Below, one piece after another: positions 13,201 through 24,500 of a DNA stretch of 64,000 nucleotides. How positions within the stretch are numbered: the stretch's first letter is position 1; every line of letters starts with the position of its first letter. The stretch spans positions 46,564,001 to 46,628,000 of the forward strand of contig NC_087436.1 in assembly GCF_036321535.1 (NCBI RefSeq), given 5' to 3'. The position numbers were made by a program, and so were the translations under genes. Origin of the DNA: Camelus dromedarius. Lineage: Eukaryota. The notes under the pieces were generated by a model, which saw only the letters and a program-made list of their open reading frames with translations, was not told the DNA's origin and ran no database searches.

Positions 13201-16200
13201 ATTCAGGAAAATTAAATCCAAATGTAAATACTTTACGTATATTATTCTTTGGCATGGGAGAGAAAAATTAGCAAGAGCCCTCATGTGCTCACGCCCACAA
13301 TGACAGATAGTCTTATCTGGCACAGGGAATCACTAGCTGTTACAAAACTATGCGGATGAATAATAACACTGACACATTGCTCTTTGTACAATAGTGTCTG
13401 TTTTCCATAAAGCTTGAGGGTCACTAAAATATTACTGAAAAATGATTCTCATAGCCTGTACAGTCAGCATTCATTTGGCACCACTTTTCTGTTGAGTGAT
13501 TAATCTGAGTTGATTAGCCAATCCAAAAATGAATGGAGTCTTAAATTAATAATACCCAACCCATCTGGTGTCAGTCACAGCCTTGCAAAGAAGAGTCCAC
13601 TGCCTCCCAAACAAGTTTAAATCAGTTTGACGTCACGGCACTGAAGCTGTTTGTTGAGGAAGAGTGTTGGTTCATCTTGTATGACTGAGCATTTACCCCG
13701 GAAGCTCCTCCCGGCTCACTTCCTATCACTGAACTTGCTCTCATTTCTCCCTGGCTTCTCGGGGCTTTGTTTTTGATCATGACCAACTAAACCACACAGA
13801 ATTCTCTCTTTCCCTGATATTAGAGAAACCCACGTGGTTTTGATTCCGAGCCTTCTGATGCAGTCTTTTTGGCACACAAGAGATGAACATGGAGCTTTCA
13901 CTCACACCGTCAGAATGGATGCGTTCATTTGAATGCATATCTCATCTATGTCTGTTATGTGTATGTCTTTGAATATTCATGTTATTTCGCTTCTGAAATT
14001 ATTCCATTTTATTGTATCTGCCATCCTGATTGCAGAATGAATACACTAAATATGTATTGCATGGTATTTTGTATTCTGCACTGTACCAACTTCTTGTCTA
14101 TAAATATGCAGAGATATTTATGTTAATGTGAAACAGCTGAGGTGCATTCCTTCCTTCTCCTCCTTTTGCCTCCTTTCCTTAATTCCTCCATCCCTGTGAT
14201 CCATGCAGATTTCCACAACCTTTACCTTGATTCCTAAATACTAATTTCCATGGCTACATTCCCACTATGTAATTATCCTGCCTACTTCATTTTTAGTGTT
14301 AGCTCAACTGAATCCAAACTGCTTTTCCTCTCTTGAACAGAATTTTTTTTTTTTTGGCTTTTTTACCTGTGAGTATGCTGGAAACCCATTTACCATTGTG
14401 AACACTTGGCATGAGATCAATAAGGGTGAATTAAAGAACATCTTCGGGTTTATAGATTAGTCTGTTTCTCCAATTGGCATTGCTGAGAAATCTTAGCACT
14501 TCTAAAATTTGTTTATCTGACTTAAGGAAAGTATTTGCTTTCAGTTTCCTTAAAAAGAATGTTCAAAGAAAGAGACGTGTATTTTTTTTAACACATTGAA
14601 CATGTTTTTAATGAGAGCTACAAAGCATTATGTCATAAATTTAGATACATTTCAAAAATATAGAAACTATTAATATTTTTTCATCTTCCTCTAGCTCAAT
14701 GTAGCTTTCATCTGTTATAGGATTAGGAAAAAAAGCAAGTTGGCAGGTATTGAAAATCGGGAGAAGTCTTTGTTATTCCTCTGAACTTCAACTGCCACTG
14801 GTGTCTTCAATACAGTTGGTATCCACCATCTTCACCAGATCGGTGGCAGAAACACCTCATTCACAAGGACCACAGCCTTGGGGTCTAAGTCAGCACTGAC
14901 CTTCCTTTCTGACATCAGCCTTTAAGTTCCCCTTCTTTCATCTGAAGTACTTTTAATAAAACTCCACATATTGCTGCCCAGCATCCATTGCCACTCTGAA
15001 AGTCTAAGTTATTTTTCATAATATCATGCCTTCCCTAAACCAGAAAACAGTGGTAAATGCTCTTCCAGACTTTATTGGCTCAACCATCTTTTGAATCACC
15101 ATTACTTCCCCCTCAAATAAAACCTGTCTTTTATTTAAACCCTTGTATCCACAGGGGGAAAAGGGAAAGAAAGGCAAAAAGGGGCCTAAAGGGGAGAAAG
15201 GAGAACAGGGTGCTCCTGGATTAGATGCACCCTGCCCATTGGTATGTCTGACTCCTGCAACCGTCTCCAGATGTCACGTGTGGAGGGCTGAGCTGGGAGA
15301 GGAGCAAGCTGGAGGGGGTACCAGCGGGCGTTCTGACTCGGGTCTTTTAGCATAGACTTTAAGGTACCAGAAACATCCATCTCAGCTCATCCTGGTGTGT
15401 TCCAGACCTTGTCTCTGGCCACCAGCTCTGCCTAGTTTGTCAGCACTCAAGTATTGATGTGTATCCAGGACAAGAATGCAGAATCCAAGGAGGAGCCAGG
15501 GCTCCTCTGTGCCGCTCCAGAGAGCCATCCCTGTTTCTGGTCAAGCCCTAGTTACAGGATCCCATCAAACTGTTTTATTTTGGCCAACTTCACTGGCTGT
15601 TACTTTTCTCTTCAGAGTTGCTCCTCTCCCAGCCTTTTGTTACAGTGGTTATTTCTTTAGCAGAATGTGTGCTTAAGTGATTTCTTCTGTTAGTAACATT
15701 ATGAGTTAATCTTTACAAACAGGGATTCCGTGGCGTTAAGGGGGAAAAAGGGGAGCCAGGCCAGCCTGGCCTGGATGGGCTGGATGCCCCTTGCCAATTG
15801 GTACAGTATTTCTCTTTCCTACCACCCTGCATGCAGTTCCTTTGTTGATTACATATTCATCTCTATCAGCGTAAAGTGGTACTTGTGGAGCGAGCTTTAC
15901 GTGATGAACACACTACATGCATGTGCATGCACAGCGCCTTCGGGGGCTCTGCAGAGTGAAGAGAACAAGCACGTGTTTCCATCAGTGACTGCAAATTAAC
16001 CTACTGACGATGTTCTCACAGCTGACACGGCTGCCATGTCTGTGCTCTGGGAATGTCAGTTTATTGAATAACTATTTCAAGATGACATTAAAAGTACATG
16101 AAAATCTTCTATGTAAAGGTCCTGCTAGGCTGTAACTTTGGGTTTTACCCCTAAATTTAGCCTTTTTTTCATTAAAAGAAATAAAGTCTTTTTTGCCTCT

Positions 16201-19200
16201 TCCACTAAATTTCTATCAGGCTGAAAATAAAGCCAAACCTACAGAGGTAAGCTTCTGTGGGCAAGAGTTAACCCCTTCAAGGGAATGCTGTTAAGAGACC
16301 ATAAGGAAGAAAACCAAACTTCTCGGAGCTTCTAAAAATAATAGTCTGCAGCCCAAACCCTCCTCTTTGTCACATAACCTTTTCAATTTAATGGTCTCTC
16401 CTTTTGAAACTCACTTTCCTGAAGTAGACAGATCTCCCCTATCTCCATTGGCATGAACTCAGAATCCTCCTTATACTAAAATCTAAAATTCTACCGGGTG
16501 ATCCTTCCCCTTGTACCAATCTGGCATTACTGAATTTTTCCCAAATATCTTATAAAGTTATTTCAGAGTTTTTTTTTAACACTTAAAAAGGAAGTATATT
16601 CATCTTTTCTGAGGTATAAAGGAAAACTTTTTATGGTTATGTTGATGGTTATACTTGGTCTGCATGTTCTTATATTATTCTTAAGTACTAAGCATGATTC
16701 TGTAAGGATAAATTTATGTTTTTCAAGTCTTTTAAGAGATTGTATTTATAGAAAAAAATGTTATTCAGTCAATAATTACAATTAGAAAATCTTAATATGA
16801 TGTGCCCAGTCTTTTATTTTGTTTGCTTGGTATTGATAATGAATAATATTTTACAGTCATTTTGTTGGAGGAAAACACAAGCATGCTTCATAATATATCA
16901 ACTCTTCCTGTCTTGTTTGTATCATTTGTATCTGAAGAGTGCTCACACCTTAGGTGACAATAAATTTTTCAACATTTAAGAATCTCTGATGTATCCAGAA
17001 TCTGTTCATTGGCATCTGAAGAATTCTAATTAAAATATTGACAAATGCTATGGATAACATTTTAGATATTGACTGGCTGCCTATCTTGTAAATCAATCAA
17101 TTTAATATGTTTTACTATATCTGCTTTCAGTATAAAAAAGTGAAAGATACTGGTACTTGAAGAGCTATAACCTTCAGATAGAAATGGTTCATCACTGATT
17201 ATTCATCATTATCATGCACACAGCCATAGAATGCAGTGACCAGGAAGAGAACTTATTTCAGTGTATTGGATAAAGATAGTTGTAAAATGTGTTTTAATGA
17301 AGTTAGGAGAAATAGTGTAGACTTATTATATAAAATTACAATTAAGTAGACCACTAGGCTTTGTAAATTACTTTTTCAAAATTAGGTGTAATTCATTCTG
17401 TATTTTGTATATTTTCAAAATGCATACTCACTTTGGGAAACATTTGAATTTTCTTCATTTCTAACTACTGGGTAATTTATTGAAAGTTGATAATTAGTAA
17501 AAGATGCTTATAACTAAAGCCCCTTAACAGGTAGAAATCCATTTTTAAGCCTCTGAGCATGTTAATTATGAAGTATGATCACTTTTGTGGAACCTGAGAA
17601 ATTCTTCTTCTTTTTAAAATAGGGGCCGGATGGATTACCCATGCCTGGCTGTTGGCAAAAGGTAGGCTTTACAGAATTATTTCTAAAAGAAGCACTCTCC
17701 CTTTCCTCTTCACCCAGCCTAGCCTTTTCCATGTAGAACAGAATTTTTTGAATTTGACATTCCTTCAAGTTGTTTGGGTATTAAAAAGCAAAAGATTCCA
17801 TCTCCAGAATATCTTTGAATGGTGTTTAGTGCTGATTTCTTCCTAAACTGATGAGTGAAAACAGCTCTTAGCAAACACAGTAATTCGTGGTTCCCTATCT
17901 AATCCTTTCTTTGGAGTGGAAAGGGGCAGTGCATCTTGACAATGGTTTGCTTGTCTCTCAAACTCCTTGTCCTCCTACTGTTCAAAATTATTCTTAATTG
18001 TGATTCTTTTTCTATATATACTCAATTACTTAGAATAATGTGCAAATCCATGGTAGAACCCTGTCAATATTAGTCACAAAGCTCAGAAAGCAGAAAATGT
18101 GGGCATGATTTTTTTTTCCTTCCATGATGTCTTGATTTATTTCAGAGAATCAGGCTATATTTAAGTCAGTGTCCTTTATGATATCGGTTCACTCTAGCCT
18201 CTACATGTGGCCACCCACAGTCACTGTGTATGTATTCAGCAGGAAAAAGAACTTATCCTTCATAGAGAAGGGTCTGTGTACAAAGGCTGTGTGAGAAGCC
18301 CTTTCCTGTAGGGGACATCCCTTTATTTGATCCTCATAATAACCCTGTAGGGTATTATTACCCTTGATGATGCTGATGAAGGAAGTGAAATTCAGAGAAG
18401 TTAAGGAACTTCCAAGGGCACAGAACTGGTACATAACAGAACTAGAAGCAGACACTGGAAAGCAATGGCAGAACTTTAAGTAGGGAAGAGATCTGTATGG
18501 GCTGCGCTGTTCAGAGAATACCAAACCTTTACACAATAACAGTGAGAACCTAATTAGAAAAGACTGCGTGTGCTACCGAAAGTTAAAGGAATTCCACTGA
18601 TGTGAAAATGAGCTAGGGGGAAGTATCCATGCTGCTTTCATCAGTTTGAATTTTTTTCTTTAACATCTTGTGGCTTAGTTAGTCATTTTTGACAGGCACG
18701 CTTCATTGGCAAAGCTGCAGCGCAGCTATGTAGGACTGCAGAAGGGTGAGGAGAGGCTGGGCTTCTTTGTTTGCCTCTCCTCTCATCAGCTCCGTGGGTG
18801 TGGAGATTCTGTGAAGCTCCCTCTCTTGCTTAACTGCTCTCACCCTACTTGGCCAGAGAAAGCAAATCCTTCTCTCCCAGTAGCGTCATTTATTTAACAG
18901 CTTCCCACACTCCCCTTTCAGCCTGTCGGATCATTAGCTCCATCCTGGCTGAGGTCAGGCGGTCCTCAGGACAATGAGCCTATCACCACATTCCTCTTCA
19001 CCTGAGAAAACTATCCTTTCACCATCATAACCCCCGTTCTCAGAATTGTTAATACCACCCTGAGCTGGAATTACCGTCTGCTCTTTAACCTTTGCCCTGT
19101 AATTGAATACTATAATGATTTTTTAATCCAGTCATTGGCACACTTTACACAGAGGGAGATGTCAAAGGCTTACTTTATCCAGCCTCTGACACTACTCAGA

Positions 19201-19786
19201 ACTTGGGTTCACATCGTTTTTGGCTGCTTCTAGATCACTTCCTTTTGGTGAAGGCATAAAACATAATGGCAACAAGCAAAGGATTCATCGTCTTTTGGGT
19301 TCACAAATTAGCCAAACCTAGTAATAACATGAATAGCATCAGAAAATCAGAAATTTACCCTTTAAGAATTCTACATAAGAGTGAAGATCTCTTAAAATCT
19401 AGCATCTTCTTATATAAAGAATAATAACTCAGTGATTAAACTTCACTATTGCCTACCACACTCCCCAATACACTCTAATGCAAATCCTACTGCTCATCCT
19501 CTCCCAACACCTCCACCTGCCAAAAAAAAAAAAAAAAAAAAAAAAGAAGAAAGAAGAAGAAGAAAAAGAAGAAAGAAACGATTAGAAAAATGAAGTGTTC
19601 TCAAATCTCTTATGTGGTCAGCTTAGGTATCTCAAACACACTGTTAGTCAAATCAAATTAATTTTTAAATGATATTTCAAATAGAAGGCCTGTAGAGTAG
19701 GGAGGGGTATAGCTCAGTGGTAGAGTGTGTGCTTACCATGCACAAGGTCCTGGGTTCAATCCCCAGTACCTCCATTTAAAAAATAA

Positions 19787-19825
<39 letters not shown>

Positions 19826-21500
19826 ACCTAATTACTTCCCCCTTCCAAAAAAAAAAAAAAAAAAAGCTGAATTTAAAAAAACATTTAAAAACAGACAAAT
19901 TTAGAAAAAAGAAGGCCTGTAGATGACTTAGTCCTGTTTTAGGGGACTCCTCTTTCAAACAGTATTTTTAGTAGTCTTGAGAGCACGGGAGTAAATGACC
20001 TGAAATTCAGATTGTGTCCGCAGGGAAAATCACTGTGATTAGCGAACAAGTCCTGTTGCTCATGCTCCTCTCAATAATAATCTTTTCCATGTAAAACCAT
20101 TTGATCTTTGTTTAAATTACTTTTCCTCCTAGATACAGTTCAGTCTTCTAAATTTTTGAAGAATGATAATGTACCAATTCATACTGTAATTCATACAGTG
20201 AAGAAAGAGCAGAATTTATGGTTGGGAAAATACAGGCTATTAGTTACCACCCATTCTCATCCAGAGATTAAAAATTATTTAATAGGAAAAATACTGTGAA
20301 ACTTCTTATTTTTTAATGTTTCACTAAACTTTGTTTTTCCAGAAAGGGCTGACAGGTTTGCAGCAGTACCTTCCACAAGCAAGGGGACAGATTTTTTTAA
20401 TTAAGTTTTAAAATCTGGGGTTAGGGGGGTTGGAGAAGCTTAAAATTCTGTAGATTACTTGCAAAACACTGGTTTCTCAAAAAAAAAAATGCATCTGTTT
20501 GAAATCTGAGATAAGTGGGAGTTTGGAGAAAGGACTACTTCCTACAGACACAGTCCCTGGCCTTGACATGACATGCATGAAGGTTGAGAGAACTCTGTCT
20601 CTAAAGATCACACAGCACCCAGCCTCTTAAGTACATTTAATATAGTGTCTATTTTTATTGGAGAGAGAAGAGCAAATATTTTTAATGATTGAACTGAGAG
20701 ATGACTGTGGAGGTGAGTCCGCGTTGTGCAGGGGAGATGAGGAGATCTGTATCATTCTCCTCCTCTGGACACTCTACTTTTCTAACTGGTTTTTCTTTGC
20801 ACAGAAGTCAAAGTTGTCACCAAGTTCTGCTCTGTAAGTTACACCTCAAAGACCACCGTTCCTCAGTTCTTTCAGACTTAACTTCAGTTCTAGGAAAACC
20901 TTAATCATGATTGCAGCTCAAAACAAGGAACCAGACATTTCTAGTTTCTTAGATCACCATGGAACCTACAAGGCAGCTTGCAGACCTGACAGCCGGCAGA
21001 CAGGTCTACCCTGTACGCTATTCACAGCAGGGCATGGCCAGCCAAAAGGGGGAAACCAGAGCTAAAGCAGAGTAGAGACTTCAGGCGTCGATGAAGTGAA
21101 CAATGCCACTGAGGTCAGACTCCTCAGCCTTTTCTGTAGTTGTGTTTTAATGCTTGGAGAAGGTGACATAAGCCATGAATAGGACATGTATTTTAATTAC
21201 AACACATAGGTGATAAAATCCTAATTTTCTGCTTTCCCAGAATAGTTACTGAGACAAACACTTTCCACAAACTTCTCGGTGGCAAAAGTAAATTGTGGGC
21301 TAAACCTAGGATGAAAAATGTGATGAGTTTTAGAAAAGTAATGTATTGGACATATCAATTGGCTCACTGATTTAAAAAAAAAAAAAGACTCTATTCAGGG
21401 TTCTACCAGTTTTCTTAAAATAAATGTTACTTTGGAATTTTTATCCTAGACTACTAATTCTATATATCTGTCTTTTTTGTTGTTTGTTTCTCTGCAGTGA
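2489..21500 (+). CDS. COL25A1: COL25A1 collagen type XXV alpha 1, 3' part (spliced, 5'-partial): join(2489..2524,4287..4340,8922..8975,10413..10439,11395..11448,[15155..15241 or 15723..15800],17623..17661,21498..21500)
   Basis: All exons are AG/GT-bounded and phase 0. The first seven encode Gly-X-Y repeats, and the spliced product ends ...[21 protein letters not shown], the collagen XXV C-terminus. Lying upstream of ETNPPL on the same strand matches known mammalian synteny. Confidence 0.96.
3207..3340 (+). mobile_element. tRNA-derived SINE, camelid vic-1 type
   Basis: GGGAGGGTATAGCTCAGTGGTAG A-box, GGTTCAATCCC B-box, AAACCTAATTA tail motif, A-rich end. Confidence 0.85.
4287..4340 (+). CDS. 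COL25A1: COL25A1 54-nt exon ([18 protein letters not shown])
   Basis: tttttag|GGT ACA...GAA AGA|gtaagt; canonical 54-nt collagen exon. Confidence 0.95.
6572..6950 (-). mobile_element. Old MaLR (MLT1-like) solo LTR
   Basis: Motifs 'aaaatggcttaaataataaagaaatg' and 'gacttcccc...ctcatggaccagaattgggtc' are typical of old MLT1 elements. Confidence 0.55.
7212..7270. repeat. (CA)n microsatellite followed by imperfect (CAC)n
   Basis: Directly visible. Confidence 0.9.
7380..7620 (-). mobile_element. MIR SINE
   Basis: Core 'ttttaca...gaaacacaggcacagaaaggttaagaaagttacccaagatcacaca...tagaattcaaat'. Confidence 0.75.
8310..8570 (-). mobile_element. L2 LINE 3' fragment
   Basis: 'atgcaacaaatacatactgatgtgccagacactatt...' is the reversed L2 3' end followed by a purine-rich body. 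Confidence 0.6.
8922..8975 (+). CDS. COL25A1: COL25A1 54-nt exon ([18 protein letters not shown])
   Basis: tcacag|GGT GAA...CTG CCG|gtgagt. Confidence 0.95.
10413..10439 (+). CDS. COL25A1: COL25A1 27-nt microexon (GKDGEPGLD)
   Basis: tggcag|GGG AAA GAT GGA GAG CCT GGT CTT GAT|gtaagt; CACTAAT branch-like motif at ~10382. Confidence 0.93.
11395..11448 (+). CDS. COL25A1: COL25A1 54-nt exon ([18 protein letters not shown])
   Basis: cctttag|GGT TTC...GAA AAG|gtgacc. Confidence 0.95.
12560..12690 (-). mobile_element. MIR SINE fragment
   Basis: 'tttaatcctcataacaac...cccatttcacaggtgaggaaactgaggc'. Confidence 0.75.
12707..12846 (+). mobile_element. tRNA-derived SINE (vic-1 type) abutting a MIR
   Basis: A/B boxes; 15-bp TSD AAAAAAGTTCTTTTA at 12692-12706 and 12847-12861. 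Confidence 0.88.
15155..15241 (+). CDS. COL25A1: COL25A1 alternative 87-nt exon ([29 protein letters not shown])
   Basis: ccacag|GGG GAA...CCA TTG|gtatgt; Gly-X-Y run ending in the non-collagenous C-terminal Cys motif. Confidence 0.92.
15723..15800 (+). CDS. COL25A1: COL25A1 alternative 78-nt exon ([26 protein letters not shown])
   Basis: aaacag|GGA TTC...CAA TTG|gtacag; paralogous to the preceding exon. Confidence 0.93.
17623..17661 (+). CDS. COL25A1: COL25A1 39-nt penultimate exon ([13 protein letters not shown])
   Basis: aaatag|GGG CCG...CAA AAG|gtaggc; membrane-collagen (COL13/23/25) C-terminal motif. Confidence 0.95.
19522..19577. repeat. poly(A) then (GAA)-rich purine tract
   Basis: Directly visible. 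Confidence 0.85.
19697..19909 (+). mobile_element. tRNA-derived SINE (vic-1 type) with (TAAA)n linker
   Basis: A/B boxes; 14-bp TSD AGAAGGCCTGTAGA at 19683-19696 and 19910-19923. Confidence 0.9.
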
Positions 21501-24500
21501 TGAATCTAACCTTCCGAGCATGAAGTTGTGTGTATAATGGTCTACTTTTTATATTTATAGTTGGAAACTGAATTGCAGATTTTACAAGTCTGAGATATGT
21601 TTACAGATAGCTGCTTCTTCCTGTTTGCAGTAGTACACATGTCCATCTTTCCTTCACTTACATCTGAAAATGGGCAATCCGTGAAAGCAGTGAGAAGCCT
21701 GCAAAAAATATTGATCAGTATCTCTTTATCTTGTGTGAAGATATGTATTTATATGGACATAGTGATAGAGCTTGATTGTTCTTGCTATTTTCTTACTTTC
21801 GGGCTTGTTAATTGCATGGACAAAAAGTGCCATGAGATAGTTTACATGAAATTGTGACCAAATATGGACTCGAAGCTATGGAAATGTACTATCCTGACTG
21901 ATTATAGAGTTTACCGTCACATCCCTACTCACCTTTGCTATTCACACCCACGGCACCCATTGAAACTGACTAAAAATGCATGACCGTGTGCCAAGCCTGC
22001 TTGTGCAACTTCAGATGCTAGCATGCTGCGTAATGAGTCCTCTGATCACATCTGAGCTTTTATTTCTTTTGTCATCTCAAGGGGGTTACACCATGGCTTA
22101 TTGCCAAAAAGAGATAAAGTGGCGGAGAGCACACACACAAATGGTCTTGTATTTTGAGGGAGTTGCAGAGCCAACTGCAGATCTACAACTTCTGTGGGCT
22201 CACGTGGCCTCCTTGCTTGAAATGTTGAGGGGTTGAGCCGGTTGCTGCCGCCAGGTTTCCTTGGGCTGCCTTTGGCAACGAAGACAAGGAAAGAGGACCA
22301 GTTCAGCCTCCTGTGCTGTCTCTCATGTGACCAAGTGGGAAAGAGGTTTACAAAGGCGGGCACCCGAAACAGCAGACTTTTCTTTTTTTAATAAACAGAA
22401 TTCCAACAAGTGTTAATATGGGTGCTTTTCGAAAATGACAGAGGCACACAGCATTTCTTTGGGGTAGGAGATTCTTGGAATGGCAGCCCCTGTTCCTGAG
22501 GACAAAGCATGTACACATCCCACCGAAACTCAGGTTGCTGAAGAAATAACACGTCCCAGGAAGGGACTGGCTGAAATGGCCTCTCCCGAAGACATGGGAG
22601 AGCTCACCCTACAATCTCCACCGAAGCTGATGTGGGAGCTTCTCTTCCTTCCAAGAGCCAACCCATGTAAAACATTTTCTACAAAGTTCTAGAAACAGAA
22701 AGATATTTCCCATTCTTTTTATTACTTTTTTTTCTTTTTTAGTCCCAGGAATATTCAGGAAAAAATTTTTTTTCTGCTTTTATCACATTTATTTTGAACA
22801 ATTTTTTAAGAAAAGTCTTCAAATCCTAATAACTTGGTACCAGCAGTCAATATTTTTTGCTAACTTTTGCTAACTTCTGCTAACTTCTTTCTTGTTTTAA
22901 GTAACTAAAGAGAATATAAAAGAAGCTCCACTTTCAGTTCAGTCATTGTAAAGCATCCCAGTTAAGCAATTTTTTCAGTACTTTTTGATTTTCTTCATAT
23001 GATGACTATAACATGCATAGTGATTATCAGTTAACATAAAGCCAAGATTTGGTCACATTTGATAGTATTAATTCATTTCTATTTCTTGTAGTTCTATTTA
23101 GATCTAAGTTTTGTCTATATTTAGATTTCTTTATCTTTTTTACATTTCTAAATTTTGTCTTATGCACAGACCAAATCTGAGATCTCAGAAAGCTGTGAAA
23201 TATAGTCACCATAAAGAGATATTTTTCAACTACTTGCTCAAAAGTTACCTGATTGTATTAGACTGAGCATTTCTTTGCACAGGAAAGAGTTGATAGCATG
23301 TTTTGAAATGACTCCTTCTAAGTGGAAGGAGTACATTAGGAGAAACATCACTGATGAGGAATAGTCACTCTTTCAGCCCATTGGACAATATAATTTCTGA
23401 TTTCATGCAATTTTGTGGGAAATTTTCTGGTTTCATGTATAGGTTTTCACCACCAGAGGGGAAATTACCTCATCACTGGCTTGTGGTGACAACAGTTAAG
23501 ATATGATTATAAGACAAGGATCCTAAGATCCTTATGGTCTCTTTCACATCATATAACCAAATGCTCAGTTTTACAAAATGCCTTCTTTTTGTTTCCATTA
23601 AGTTTTCAACAATGGAAAGATATTTGAACTGATCTGTCAATATAATTGGTAACATTTCTAGTAACATTCCACACTCCAAAACCAGTTTAGCATTTTTAAA
23701 ACAACAGAGGGCATTTTCTACCCATCTCTTGTATGACCTGGTCAGGATAAGGTATTATTCAATGTCTGAAACAATTTGTCTTAAATGGTTTGGAAAAATG
23801 AACTAAAGCATGTAAAACTACAGTCTCTTCAAGAAAACAAACAGTAGTGTCTTGAGAAAAATCTGGTGGCTATATTTCTTCCTATCTATCTTCCCTTTTA
23901 CTCCTCTAGTAGAAAGAGGTATTGAGATGGATCACTATTTAAAACGTGCACAGCTTCATAAGAGAATACCTCATCATCAAAAGAGAAACATTTCATGTGA
24001 AAAAATATATGTATATTTTTTAAACACAGCCCTTTAAAAATACTGTTCTGTCCTATGTGTATATTGAGATTTTGCTCAATAACTGATTTGACAGTATTGA
24101 CTTTTATTCCATGATTAAAGGAAGCTGTAATCTTCCATTACGTTTATTTCCTTGCGGAATACAAAAGGACTGTGATACTCCTCTTTGTTCCATGGAATTA
24201 CTAGGTCTTAACCGTCATGCATAATCTTCAGCTTGTGTTACTGAAATATTTTAAATCATCCATTTTGTTATCAATATAGAGAATCCTCAGATAATTCCCT
24301 AGTGAACTAATGAAAGTGTCTGCTGATACATGTGTTGGCAGATACATTTTTTAAAGATTTCTTTCTTTTAATTTATATTATTGGATAAAAGATTAAGAAA
24401 AAAATCATGAAAAACACATGGGAAATAAGTCAAGATCAGGTCCTATGTCTGATAAGCATCTTTTAAGGATGCCAAATTGATATGTGTTTTAGCTTTAAAA

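Noticed and set aside
19697..19775. tRNA-like sequences (here and at seven other sites)
   Set aside because: These are SINE heads with A-rich tails, mostly with TSDs, and degenerate stems; not functional tRNA genes.
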